Counted from the first letter of the stretch, positions 51,910-62,305 are shown. The stretch: 64,000 nt of DNA from Obrimoposthia wandeli (GCA_977020255.1 CDROCS010000666.1:186001-250000), one strand, 5' to 3'. A program made the numbers and translations. The notes: generated by a model from the sequence alone, not told the origin.

Positions 51910-52896
51910 ATGGATAAAGCACAACACGCCGTGAATCAAATTTACCAAACGGTCAGTCAATCTGTGATTGGGCAACAACACGTAGTAAAAGCCTTGGTGA
52001 TTGGATTATTGACCAATGGTCACGTTTTACTCGAAGGATTACCCGGCACAGCAAAGACCCGCTCCATTAAAGCCCTTGCGAATGCAATGAATGCTTCGTT
52101 TGGCCGTATTCAGTTCACCCCCGATTTATTACCATCGGATGTCACGGGCACCGAGGTCTACCAAGAAGTGAACGGTAAACCCAGCCTAACCTTTCAGCCG
52201 GGTCCTGTTTTCAATTCTATTGTGCTGGCAGATGAAATAAACCGTGCTCCCGCCAAAGTGCAAGCAGCACTACTTGAAGCCATGGCCGAAGGCACATTGA
52301 CTGTTGGTGATGTAACCCACCAACTACCAGAATTATTCATGGTACTGGCCACACAAAACCCGATTGAACAAGAAGGCACATACCCACTACCTGAGGCACA
52401 AATGGATCGCTTTCTCATGAAAGTTACTGTCGATTATCCCGACGATGAAGCGGAATTAGCGATCATTCGTCTTGTGCGCAGTGAAGAAACACCCGCTACT
52501 GACGAACAAGCAACACAAAAAAATACAGTTACTGTCGATCCCACTTATATTTTAGAAGGTCGCGCTGCACTGCAACACATCCACATATCAGAGGTGATTG
52601 AACGCTATATCGTCGGACTCGTGATGGCAACCCGCGATCCTGATCGTTATCCCAACAGTGCGCTCTCAACATGGTTAACCGCAGGTGCCAGCCCACGAGC
52701 TTCAATTGCTCTAGATCGTTGTTCCCGCGCCCATGCGTGGTTAGAAAGCCGCGACTTTGTCGACCCAGATGATGTGCGTGCAATAGCTCATGAAGTACTT
52801 GGTCATCGACTCATTTTAAGCTACGACGCCATTGCCGAAGGTATTACTGCCCGTGATGTGGTGAATGAATTATTAAATACCGTAGTGATTGGATAA
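51910..52896 (+). CDS. moxR: MoxR-family AAA+ ATPase
   Basis: GLPGTAKT, RIQFTPDLLPSDVTG, LADEINRA, ATQNPIEQEGTYPLPEAQMDRF, GASPRA. Confidence 0.95.
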   Translation: MDKAQHAVNQIYQTVSQSVIGQQHVVKALVIGLLTNGHVLLEGLPGTAKTRSIKALANAMNASFGRIQFTPDLLPSDVTGTEVYQEVNGKPSLTFQPGPVFNSIVLADEINRAPAKVQAALLEAMAEGTLTVGDVTHQLPELFMVLATQNPIEQEGTYPLPEAQMDRFLMKVTVDYPDDEAELAIIRLVRSEETPATDEQATQKNTVTVDPTYILEGRAALQHIHISEVIERYIVGLVMATRDPDRYPNSALSTWLTAGASPRASIALDRCSRAHAWLESRDFVDPDDVRAIAHEVLGHRLILSYDAIAEGITARDVVNELLNTVVIG

Positions 52897-52899
52897 GCC

Positions 52900-53940
52900 A
52901 TGGGCAAAGATCAGTCCCACCCTCACCCCCAAGTACAATCACGTTCAACTGCACGTGAAGGCACTGCACAAAAAAGCACTGCGCCGTTGGATCCTCGTTT
53001 ATATTGTGACTACAAAACCTTGCTGCACTTGAAAGGTCAAGCTCAGGGTTTTAGCTTTCTGCCGCATCAACGCGCAGGTAGTGTGCTGGCTGGTCGTCAT
53101 CAATCCCGCTTTCGTGGTCGTGGCTTAAACTTCGAAGAGCTACGTCATTATCACAAAGGCGATGATATTCGCACCTTAGATTGGCGTGTCACCTTACGTA
53201 CAGGTAAGCCTCATGTACGCGCCTACAGTGAAGAAAAAGATCATAAAATCATTTTGTGTGTCGACCAATCGCAAAGTCTATTCTTTGCCTCATTGGATAC
53301 GATGAAGTCTGTCGCGGCGGCACACATCGCCGCCTTAAGTGCATGGCGAGTAATCGCCGATAATGATCGCGTTGGCGCCTTGATATTTAACGACCACCAG
53401 CATCAATGGTTTGAACCACAACGAAGCCAACACCATGTGCTTCGTCTGTTACAAACCCTGACCCAATATAACCAACAGCTATCGGCACAAACGTCGCACC
53501 TTTCAGAAACTCATTCTTTAGCGCCTACTCATGCCGCGCAGACCACAGCGTTACTGACCGCAATCACCCGCTTGAATCGTACCCAACCCAAAGACTGTGT
53601 TTTTGTGTTTATCAGCGATTTTCAACATACCGACGAAGCATGTATTGAACAATTAAAACGACTACAACGACACAATGACGTTTTGTGTGTGTGGGTTGCC
53701 GATCCAATGGAAAAAAAATTACCAGAATCAGGCCGGTTTATTGCCAGTGACGGACAATTGCAATTAGAAGTCGATGCCACCGATCAGCGCTTGTTTACAG
53801 GTTTTTCACAATCATTTGCAGATAAACATACCAGCCTCAGTGATTTACTCGCCCGCAAAAAATTACCATTAATCGAAGTTGATACTTCGGGTAATCACTT
53901 ACACCAATTCCGTACCGCATTAGGAAATCGTGTCTCATGA
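52900..53940 (+). CDS. DUF58 protein
   Basis: GRGLNFEELRHY..GDDIRTLDWRVT, VDQSQS, FISDF. Confidence 0.92.
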   Translation: MGKDQSHPHPQVQSRSTAREGTAQKSTAPLDPRLYCDYKTLLHLKGQAQGFSFLPHQRAGSVLAGRHQSRFRGRGLNFEELRHYHKGDDIRTLDWRVTLRTGKPHVRAYSEEKDHKIILCVDQSQSLFFASLDTMKSVAAAHIAALSAWRVIADNDRVGALIFNDHQHQWFEPQRSQHHVLRLLQTLTQYNQQLSAQTSHLSETHSLAPTHAAQTTALLTAITRLNRTQPKDCVFVFISDFQHTDEACIEQLKRLQRHNDVLCVWVADPMEKKLPESGRFIASDGQLQLEVDATDQRLFTGFSQSFADKHTSLSDLLARKKLPLIEVDTSGNHLHQFRTALGNRVS

Positions 53941-54560
53941 CGATCCTTATATCGACACTCTCGACTTCTGACAGTTCTGCAACCGCCAATGCCAGTAGCT
54001 ATGTCTTACGTGAATTGGTAGAAATTCCTTTACCCTTTTCTATCAGTTGGTGGCCGCAAACTATCGGCTGGAAAATACTCGGTATCTGCTTAGTTATTGG
54101 TGTGCTATACGGCTGTTATCGTGCTGCGGTGCATTGGTGGCACAACCGCTATCGTCGTGAAGCTTTAGATGCTCTTATACATGTCAACCTCATGCAGCCT
54201 TACACTGCTTTGGTTGAGCTATCACGTATCACTAAAATTACACTCAACTATGCCTTCCCAACACAAACAGCTTCACTTATGGGTACGCCTTTATTGACCT
54301 TCTTAGATGCTACCGCGCCAACACAACTCAATACGCCATTAGGTATACGCTGGCAACACGCCTTGTTGCGCGCACCCGATGACAATGCGTTAAGCAACGA
54401 AGAAATCCAACAACTTAAGCAACAGTTAATTCTTTGGGTTAAACATCATCGCCGTCAGTCAACAGCACACATCAACAGCTCTGACCTTAAAAGTACCTCT
54501 AGCCTCAAGAACAACCCTAACAGCGAATCGATGACCAACAAGGAATTGCCCCATGATTGA
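53937..54560 (+). CDS. DUF4381 membrane protein
   Basis: LVEIPLP..ISWWPQTIGW, TM, YRREAL. Confidence 0.85.
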   Translation: MTILISTLSTSDSSATANASSYVLRELVEIPLPFSISWWPQTIGWKILGICLVIGVLYGCYRAAVHWWHNRYRREALDALIHVNLMQPYTALVELSRITKITLNYAFPTQTASLMGTPLLTFLDATAPTQLNTPLGIRWQHALLRAPDDNALSNEEIQQLKQQLILWVKHHRRQSTAHINSSDLKSTSSLKNNPNSESMTNKELPHD

Positions 54561-55635
54561 GTTGGCCCATCCTTGGTGGTTGCTCGTGCTTCCACTACCG
54601 TATTTGGTATATAAGTTCATACCCGCCTATCGCACTCGTCGTGCAGCAGTAAAAGTGCCCTTTTTTGACGTGCTCAATGCGTTAATTCCTGATGCGCCAT
54701 CTGAAGGTGCGGTGAAGCTACGTCCTTCTTGGTGGCAACGCATCGCACTATTGACAACATGGTTAATGTTGGTCTTTGCCATGACGCAACCCATGTGGCT
54801 TGGAAAACCCCAAACACGTACACTCATAGGCCGTGATGTGATGGTAGTGGTCGATTTATCAGGCTCGATGGCAGAAAAAGATTTTGTCACTCCCGACGGG
54901 GGAAAACACACACGCCTCGATGCTGTTAAACAGGTGTTGGCACAATTCAGTCAACATCGTGATGGTGATCGTCTTGGCCTAATTTTGTTTGGTGATGCCG
55001 CGTATTTACAAGCGCCATTTACCGCCGACCATGACGCATGGCTAGCCTTGTTAGACGAAACACAAGTCGGCATGGCTGGGCAAAGTACCCATTTAGGTGA
55101 TGCTATTGGCTTAGCCATCAAAGTCTTTAATGATCAAGCCGACGCCGCAAAACAAACAGCAACCCAACAAAGTTCAGCTGTTGTCGCTCGCCCAGTCAAA
55201 GAAAAGGTCGTTATCGTTCTGACTGACGGTAACGATACCGACAGCCTTGTTCCACCACTTGATGCAGCTAAAGTAGCAGCCAGTCGTGACATTCGCATTC
55301 ACATGATCGCAATGGGCGACCCTCGTACTGTAGGTGAGCAAGCCCTTGATATGGAAGTTATTGAACAAGTGGCGTCTTTAACCGGAGGGCAATCATTCCA
55401 AGCCTTGTCACCCGCCGAACTTACTCGCGTGTACAAAAAAATCGGTGAATTGGAACCTCAACAATATGACAGCACCACGTACCGCCCAAAAACCAGCATG
55501 CACTTTGTGCCAATCATGGTGGCCTTAATGATTTACCTGTTCGCCTTCTCGCTTACAACTTGGCATGCCAGACGTAAATTGCCTGGTAAAGGATCAAAAA
55601 AATCGGCTATAAGCGATGGAGGTTCACATGTTTGA
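54553..55635 (+). CDS. BatA-like VWA membrane protein
   Basis: VVDLSGSM MIDAS, DRLGLILFG, THLGDAIG, LTDG. Confidence 0.9.
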   Translation: MIELAHPWWLLVLPLPYLVYKFIPAYRTRRAAVKVPFFDVLNALIPDAPSEGAVKLRPSWWQRIALLTTWLMLVFAMTQPMWLGKPQTRTLIGRDVMVVVDLSGSMAEKDFVTPDGGKHTRLDAVKQVLAQFSQHRDGDRLGLILFGDAAYLQAPFTADHDAWLALLDETQVGMAGQSTHLGDAIGLAIKVFNDQADAAKQTATQQSSAVVARPVKEKVVIVLTDGNDTDSLVPPLDAAKVAASRDIRIHMIAMGDPRTVGEQALDMEVIEQVASLTGGQSFQALSPAELTRVYKKIGELEPQQYDSTTYRPKTSMHFVPIMVALMIYLFAFSLTTWHARRKLPGKGSKKSAISDGGSHV

Positions 55636-57340
55636 TTCTCTGATTTGGCATCAATTTCATTTCATTCGCCCATGGTGGTTACTCACTTTTATCCCTTTTA
55701 CATGGCTTATTTTCCAACGTTGGCAGCACGATGCACAAAACGAACAGTGGCAAAAACTGCTTCCCGCGCATTTATTGGCCGCCCTTACCGTGGGTGATAA
55801 TGGCTGGAAAAAACAACTACCACTCAAAATACTGACGATTGTGATCGCGGTTTCAATCATCATTTGTGCGGGTCCAACTTGGCAACGCCAGTCCTCGCCA
55901 TTTGGTGAAGATAAATCGCCCGTAATGGTCGTGATGGATGTGTCACAATCGATGCTGCAAACCGATATCGCACCCAGCCGCCTTAGCCGTACCAAGCAGA
56001 AAGTAGAAGATTTATTAACGATGCGTGATGGCGGTCGTACAGGATTGATCGTCTATGCTGGCAGTGCACACCTCGCCATGCCATTAACGCAAGACATTGA
56101 TATTTACAAGCCATTACTGAATGCCGTCACACCCAAAATCATGCCGCGCGATGGCAAGTTTGCAGAGTACGCTTTGCCATTGATTGAGCAGCAATTTGCT
56201 TCTAATCAGCGTGATAATGCACAACCCGCTGATACAGCGAATACCGATACATCTAAAAAGAATACCTCTGAACAAGTGACACAAGATCCACCAGCGTCAA
56301 TTGCAGGCACAGTCGTCTTGTTTACCGATGGAATGGGTGCCAACACGGTAGAAGCCTTCCAACAGTATTTTCAAGATTCACCGCATCAACTCTTGGTAGT
56401 TGCGGTCGGTAACCCCGACAAGCCAAGTGATATCCCTCTCGACATTAATGGCTTACAGACGTTAACCAAGGCTTCTAATGGGAAACTTGAGATGCTTACG
56501 ATCGACAATCAAGATATGGAATGGGTTAACAGCCAAATCAACCGCCACATGCAACTAAGCCTCGACAGTGCCTTACCGTGGCAAGACATGGGGTATTACT
56601 TAGTTTTTGTAGTCGCTTTGTTATTTTTACTGTGGTTCCGCAGTGGTTGGTTAGTTCAATGGTGTATGGCGGGCATGTTAGTTTTTGGTGCCCTATCACC
56701 CAATACTGCTGAAGCCAGCGATTGGCATTTTGCTGATATTTGGATGACAGCCGATCAACAAGGGCAATGGTACTTCAATCAAGAAGACTACGTGACTGCA
56801 TCTGAACGCTTTGCAGACCCAATGTGGAAAGGGGTTGCCTTGTATTCAGCTGGCGATTACAAAGCCGCCCACGCCTATTTCATGCGGGTCGACTCTGGCC
56901 AAGCATTGTTTAATGCCGCCAATGCCTTAGCCCATGCCCGCGAATACGTGCCTGCACGAAACTTATATGACGCGTTATTGGTACAGAATGATGCCTTTCC
57001 CAACGCCCAACACAATCGCGATGTACTACAAGGCATTATCGACAACATCAATATGCAAAGTGAAAGCCAGGCGAACACCGAGAATGAAGCTTCACGAGAA
57101 CTCGGAGATGCCCCGCAAACCGCAGACGGTGCCGATGAGCAAGTCGCGAAAGAATTGGTATTAGAAGAGGCGTTAACCGCAGAGCAATTACTGCAAGATG
57201 AAGCACTGAACGCACGCTGGATGCAGCGAGTACAAGCCGACCCTGCTCGTTTTTTATCGACCAAATTCAATTTACAACTTAATCAAACTAACCAACTGAA
57301 TCAAACTAACCAGCTTAATCAAGCCAAGGAGGCAGAATGA
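55628..57340 (+). CDS. BatB/BatC-like VWA plus TPR protein
   Basis: DVSQSM, PSRL, FTDG, then TM and TPR (ALFNAANALA). GGAGG RBS before ATG55628. Confidence 0.88.
   Translation: MFDSLIWHQFHFIRPWWLLTFIPFTWLIFQRWQHDAQNEQWQKLLPAHLLAALTVGDNGWKKQLPLKILTIVIAVSIIICAGPTWQRQSSPFGEDKSPVMVVMDVSQSMLQTDIAPSRLSRTKQKVEDLLTMRDGGRTGLIVYAGSAHLAMPLTQDIDIYKPLLNAVTPKIMPRDGKFAEYALPLIEQQFASNQRDNAQPADTANTDTSKKNTSEQVTQDPPASIAGTVVLFTDGMGANTVEAFQQYFQDSPHQLLVVAVGNPDKPSDIPLDINGLQTLTKASNGKLEMLTIDNQDMEWVNSQINRHMQLSLDSALPWQDMGYYLVFVVALLFLLWFRSGWLVQWCMAGMLVFGALSPNTAEASDWHFADIWMTADQQGQWYFNQEDYVTASERFADPMWKGVALYSAGDYKAAHAYFMRVDSGQALFNAANALAHAREYVPARNLYDALLVQNDAFPNAQHNRDVLQGIIDNINMQSESQANTENEASRELGDAPQTADGADEQVAKELVLEEALTAEQLLQDEALNARWMQRVQADPARFLSTKFNLQLNQTNQLNQTNQLNQAKEAE
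57278..57325 (+). repeat. 18-bp coding tandem repeat (about 2.5 copies, LNQTNQ)
   Basis: cttaatcaaactaaccaa / ctgaatcaaactaaccag / cttaatcaagcc. Confidence 0.8.
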
Positions 57341-58899
57341 GCCATTATCATTCGTTTAATTCATGGCTTGTACGTGTCCGCATTATAACTTTATTTCTCG
57401 GCGGACTGATTGCCTTCATTTTACCTGCGCACGCTGAAACGCTACAAGATTTAGAACGCCAACACCGCGTAACCATCAACAGTTGGCTTAGTACCGATCA
57501 TTCCGCAACCAACACGAATATCAATATCGACCAAGCTAACTCAGCTTTTGCTTCAACCATTTCAGAAACGACACCTTCCACACCAAAAAACGCAGCCAAA
57601 CCTGTCGCTATTGGTGAGCAAGTGATCCTCTACATTGAGATCGCAACCGATCGCTGGCTAACAGCAGGTACACAGATTGGTTTGTTCGAGGTAGATAATG
57701 CCATTGTTTTACGGCGAAAAAATCTCGCGACGAATTTTACCCGCCGCACAAATGGGGAAACTTGGACCCACCAGCGCTGGGAAATCACCCTATATCCTCA
57801 AAAAAGTGGGCAATTTGTAATACCTCCCATTGCAGTCACATTGCAAATATCGGCGTCTACTAATAATAATGTGCGCGGCACCTTATTAACCCAGCCACAC
57901 CGTTTTAATGCGGCGTTACCATCACCGTATCTCACCGAAGACACGCCTTGGGTCGCGGGGGAAGATGTTACGCTAACTCAATCTTGGAACCAAAAAGAAG
58001 AAGCGCCACTGGTAGTTGGTGATGCTATTGAACGCACTATCACCTTAACAGGCAAGAATACGTCAGCCATGCTATTCCCAATATTAACGCCAGCCACCAC
58101 CCCACAAGCTCAATTGTATACAGCACCAGAAACATTAACCGACAGTCAAAATCGCGGGGAATATACCGCCAAACGTATCGACCGTTATACCTATATTGTG
58201 CAGCATAATGGCACAATCACTTTGCCACCTGTTCGCCTACAATGGTGGGATACACAAGCACAACAATTAGTCACATTAAAAGCACCCGGTGCAGAGTGGC
58301 ACATTCGACATACACCCACATCATTTTTAAAAGCGTATTGGCTGCCCTTATTGATCTCGCTATTCAGCATCGTTTTAATGATATGGATAGTGATAAGAAC
58401 AGTAAAAAAATATCGAAATCAGCCACTTCCGTCACACTTTGCCTTTCTATTAGCAATAAAACGCCAACAATGGCCATTCGCTAATCTATTATTATATCGG
58501 AAACTCCATAAACATCAGCATCGGTATTTACTGTCTGAGGCTGAACAAAATGAACAGACAATGCCTGCAACGAAAAAGAACACAAATTCACAAGAAACAC
58601 GAGCAGGCAATCAGTGGCATCAAGTTGTAATGCAATGGCAAACCGCGTTGTACAGCACTGTCCCTACATCCCCCTCTCCGCAACGAGGTTGGCGCTTATG
58701 GCATGGCATTAAGCAACCTGTTCGACGTTTATGGTCATGGCGAATACCTGCGGCCTTACCACAGTTAAAAGAACAGTTACCACACACAACGCCCATAGCA
58801 AAGTCTGCGATATCTTCAACACGGGAGTTCGCAACCAAAATAACAAAGAACACGCCACGTAATACGGAGCAAAAGAATGACAATGATGTCAGCAATTAA
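57337..58899 (+). CDS. BatD family protein
   Basis: GEQVILYIE, YPQKSG..IPPI, VGDAIERTITL, LQWWD; last Bat gene. Confidence 0.85.
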   Translation: MSHYHSFNSWLVRVRIITLFLGGLIAFILPAHAETLQDLERQHRVTINSWLSTDHSATNTNINIDQANSAFASTISETTPSTPKNAAKPVAIGEQVILYIEIATDRWLTAGTQIGLFEVDNAIVLRRKNLATNFTRRTNGETWTHQRWEITLYPQKSGQFVIPPIAVTLQISASTNNNVRGTLLTQPHRFNAALPSPYLTEDTPWVAGEDVTLTQSWNQKEEAPLVVGDAIERTITLTGKNTSAMLFPILTPATTPQAQLYTAPETLTDSQNRGEYTAKRIDRYTYIVQHNGTITLPPVRLQWWDTQAQQLVTLKAPGAEWHIRHTPTSFLKAYWLPLLISLFSIVLMIWIVIRTVKKYRNQPLPSHFAFLLAIKRQQWPFANLLLYRKLHKHQHRYLLSEAEQNEQTMPATKKNTNSQETRAGNQWHQVVMQWQTALYSTVPTSPSPQRGWRLWHGIKQPVRRLWSWRIPAALPQLKEQLPHTTPIAKSAISSTREFATKITKNTPRNTEQKNDNDVSN

Positions 58900-61264
58900 T
58901 CGCATGTATTCCCTACAGCAGTCAAAGCACAGCTGGGCTGTATTATCACGCTTGAACCAGAGTAAAGTTCAATCTAGCACGCGACAGACACTAAGCCCTT
59001 TGCTTCTGGGTTTGATTCTTCTATTGAGCGCTTTCACGACACACGCTGAAGATCAGCCCCAATCTCATCAAACAGTGAACACTCAGGCAGGCTCGTCACT
59101 GACCTATGTTGGTACAGACGCCTGTATTGATTGCCACAAGAACGAGTACAAAGAATGGCAAGGTTCTGATCATGATATGGCGATGCGCCATGCTGATACA
59201 GAATCTGTATTGGGTAACTTCAACAATGTTTCTTTAGAATCAAAAGGACAAACTAACCGCTTTTTCAAAAAAGGCTCTGAATACTGGGTAAATATTCAGG
59301 ACGCTGACGGTAAATTTAACAATTATAAAATCAGCTATACCTTTGGTTTTAAACCCCTGCAGCAATACATGGTCGAATTTGAAGATGGCCGTATTCAACT
59401 GATTCCCTTTGCGTGGGATTCCCGCCCCAAAGCCGATGGTGGTCAACGTTGGTTTAATCTTTATCCCGACATAAAAAAAACAGATGAATTTTTCTGGACC
59501 AATACGGGGCAAAATTGGAATTTCATGTGCGCCGACTGCCACTCTACAAACCTGAAAAAGAACTACGATAAAGCCACCGATACTTACAACACCAGCTGGT
59601 TTGAAATTAACGTCGGCTGTGAAGCTTGTCATGGCGCAGCCAGTGAACATATGGCATGGACCGAAAAGCAAAACGCCACAACCCCACATACTGGCTTCGA
59701 TCGTGATTTAGGGTTGGCAGTAAAGGAATGGGTTTACCAAGAAGGTGAAACAACCTTGCAACCGAAATCCATTACACCAACTGATCAAACCCAAGTTTGC
59801 GCACAGTGTCATAGCCGTCGTATGCAATTGAATGAAGACGCTAATCATGTAAAAGACAAATTTCTCGACCGCTACATGTTAAGCATGATAACGCCAGAAT
59901 TGTATGAAGATGACGGGCAAATTTTCGACGAAGATTACGTATTAGGTTCATTCTTACAATCGAAAATGCACGATAAAGGTGTGGTATGTTCTAACTGTCA
60001 TAACCCTCATACCACTGAATTAAAAATTCCTAAAGAAGCCGTGTGTTACCAATGCCATATCGCATCTGAATACACGACAGAAAAACACACCTTCCATGAG
60101 GCGGGAACTGATGGCGCGCAATGTACCAGTTGCCACATGCCACAAACGACGTACATGCAAGTCGATCCTCGTCGCGATCATAGCTGGCAAGTACCGCGTC
60201 CAGACCTAAGCAAAAATATCGGCACACCCAATGTGTGCACCAGCTGCCATGAAGACAAAGACAGCAACTGGGCCGATAAGCAAGTGGGAGAATGGTTCCC
60301 TAATTCGCCTTATCGCAATAAAGCACATTTCGCGAACGCGTTTTATGCCGCTGATCTTGGTTATCAAAATGCAGGTGATTCGTTATCTTATATTGCCCAA
60401 GATATAAAACAGAGTGACATCATTCGCGCCTCAGCACTTCAACGCCTCGAACGTTATCCTAGCCGTAACAGTGTGGTTGCTTTAGCACGCGCCGTTAAAA
60501 ATGACAGTGAGATGATTCGCTTAGGGGCTGTTCAAGGCTCTGCTCCTTATCCGTTTTCGCAACGCTGGCAGATTATAGAGAAACTTCTGACGGATTCTGT
60601 ACTGGCAGTTCGTGCTGAAGCCGCAGGAGCTCTTGCGAGTAGCTGGCAAGAAATGACACTAGTGCAACGTGAAAAGCTTGCCGCTCCGTTACAAGATTAT
60701 ATCGACATCCAAAATTTCAATGCTGATCGTGGATTTGGACGCACTAATCTCGGTAATATTTATTTAGCGCAGGGGTTATATGAACAAGCAGAAAAAGAAT
60801 ATTTAGGGGCTATTAGCATTGAACCCAACTTTGCCAATAGCTATGCCAATCTTGCTGACCTTTATCGAGGACAACGACGAGATAAAGATACGATCACCGT
60901 ATTGCAACAAGGCATGAAAGCACAGCCTAATTCAGCACTACTACCCTATAGCGCTGGCCTTGCCATGTTCAGGCAGAAAAACCAAAGTGAAGCGATTCGT
61001 TACCTACAACTAGCGACAGAAATCGATGCGAATAACCCGCAGTATTGGTATGTTTACGGTTTAGCCATAGAAAGTAACAATGTGTCTGAGGCGGGTAAAT
61101 CACTCGAAAAAGCCTATAACTTGAGTGGTAACCCTCAACACTTATTTGCATTATGTGACCTACAAATTCGCTATAAGAGCCCTTCCGCTTCAGCCTGCAT
61201 TAGTCAGCTCGAAAAAATAGCGCCACCGGAAGCCGTCAATCAATTGAAAGCTAAAATGAAATAG
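58877..61264 (+). CDS. Exported octaheme c-type cytochrome with HEAT-like and TPR repeats
   Basis: Eight CxxCH motifs (CIDCH, CADCH, CEACH, CAQCH, CSNCH, CYQCH, CTSCH twice), then RASALQRL/RAEAA helical repeats and TPRs. True start uncertain. Confidence 0.9.
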   Translation: MTMMSAINRMYSLQQSKHSWAVLSRLNQSKVQSSTRQTLSPLLLGLILLLSAFTTHAEDQPQSHQTVNTQAGSSLTYVGTDACIDCHKNEYKEWQGSDHDMAMRHADTESVLGNFNNVSLESKGQTNRFFKKGSEYWVNIQDADGKFNNYKISYTFGFKPLQQYMVEFEDGRIQLIPFAWDSRPKADGGQRWFNLYPDIKKTDEFFWTNTGQNWNFMCADCHSTNLKKNYDKATDTYNTSWFEINVGCEACHGAASEHMAWTEKQNATTPHTGFDRDLGLAVKEWVYQEGETTLQPKSITPTDQTQVCAQCHSRRMQLNEDANHVKDKFLDRYMLSMITPELYEDDGQIFDEDYVLGSFLQSKMHDKGVVCSNCHNPHTTELKIPKEAVCYQCHIASEYTTEKHTFHEAGTDGAQCTSCHMPQTTYMQVDPRRDHSWQVPRPDLSKNIGTPNVCTSCHEDKDSNWADKQVGEWFPNSPYRNKAHFANAFYAADLGYQNAGDSLSYIAQDIKQSDIIRASALQRLERYPSRNSVVALARAVKNDSEMIRLGAVQGSAPYPFSQRWQIIEKLLTDSVLAVRAEAAGALASSWQEMTLVQREKLAAPLQDYIDIQNFNADRGFGRTNLGNIYLAQGLYEQAEKEYLGAISIEPNFANSYANLADLYRGQRRDKDTITVLQQGMKAQPNSALLPYSAGLAMFRQKNQSEAIRYLQLATEIDANNPQYWYVYGLAIESNNVSEAGKSLEKAYNLSGNPQHLFALCDLQIRYKSPSASACISQLEKIAPPEAVNQLKAKMK

Positions 61265-61515
61265 CTAACAATCAAGTTTATTTCCAAATACACCTAATTC
61301 AAAGGTCGCTTCGGCGGCCTTTGTTCATTCTGTGTTTTATCTTGGTACACTATTACTATGTAGCAACAGTGTTTTACTTTTCAACCGTATTGTTAGCTTA
61401 TCGGTAATTGTTAAACTACTTCCATCGAAAATAACCAAAACAAAAGACAACAGTATTGGTTAAGTAAAGTGCCTTTAAAAGGCATCCTAAAATTTTACAC
61501 GGTGGTATGGTAAGA

Positions 61516-61815
61516 ATGAAAAAATTAGCAACGACAGTAAGTGCATTAATAGTCACACTTACAGTTATATTAACTTTTTGGCCGCAAACAAATACAGCAG
61601 CCAAAGACTTGAGCAGTGAAAAAATGTCTAGCTATACCAATTTTCAGCAGCAAATGGCTGATAAAGGGTGCACGATGTTAATCGAACACAAAACCAATGC
61701 ACAGGGCTACCCTATGTTTGCAGAGTATCGGTGTGGCGATACGCTATTCAAAAGTTGGAACCCTAACAAGGAGTCAGGGGCTCAATCATATTCGGTTAAC
61801 CCATCGACAATATAA
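61516..61815 (+). CDS. Small exported hypothetical protein
   Basis: MKK plus hydrophobic N-terminus; two Cys in the mature part. Confidence 0.55.
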   Translation: MKKLATTVSALIVTLTVILTFWPQTNTAAKDLSSEKMSSYTNFQQQMADKGCTMLIEHKTNAQGYPMFAEYRCGDTLFKSWNPNKESGAQSYSVNPSTI

Positions 61816-61847
61816 ACCCGCCTTTCGAGCTGTAATATCAAGCCACT

Positions 61848-62282
61848 CTAGGCGTCAGGATGACTTAGCTTAGCACCCGACTGGCGAATTCCTCGTGAAT
61901 CGTCAGGGTTGTATAACGCACACTTTTCTAACGATAAACAACCGCATTGAATACAGCTTCCAAGTTGAAACTGTAAGCTTTTTAGGCTTTGAATTTTCTC
62001 TTCGAGTTTATGATTCCAATCTTGTGCTAGTTTCTCCCATTCGTCTTTATTCGGTGCTTTATGCTTGGGAAGATGTTCAAGTGCTACAGATATTTCTTGC
62101 AACGTTAAACCTACATTCTGTGCTGCTTTAATCACTGCGATTCTTCTCAAAATTTGGCGCTCATATCTCCGTTGATTCGCTTGATTTCTAGTACTAAAAA
62201 TCAAACCTTTCTCTTCATAAAAATGAAGGGTTGCTACAGTAACGCCCGCCCGTTTAGCGACTTGCCCTACGCTCATATCCAT
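61848..62282 (-). CDS. soxR: Redox-sensing transcriptional activator SoxR
   Basis: MerR HTH SVGQVAKRAGV..LHFYE and the CIQCGCLSLEKC [2Fe-2S] motif; AGGAG RBS. Confidence 0.95.
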   Translation of the reverse strand: MDMSVGQVAKRAGVTVATLHFYEEKGLIFSTRNQANQRRYERQILRRIAVIKAAQNVGLTLQEISVALEHLPKHKAPNKDEWEKLAQDWNHKLEEKIQSLKSLQFQLGSCIQCGCLSLEKCALYNPDDSRGIRQSGAKLSHPDA

Positions 62283-62305
62283 ATGAAAGCTCCTATAAAA
62301 AGTCA

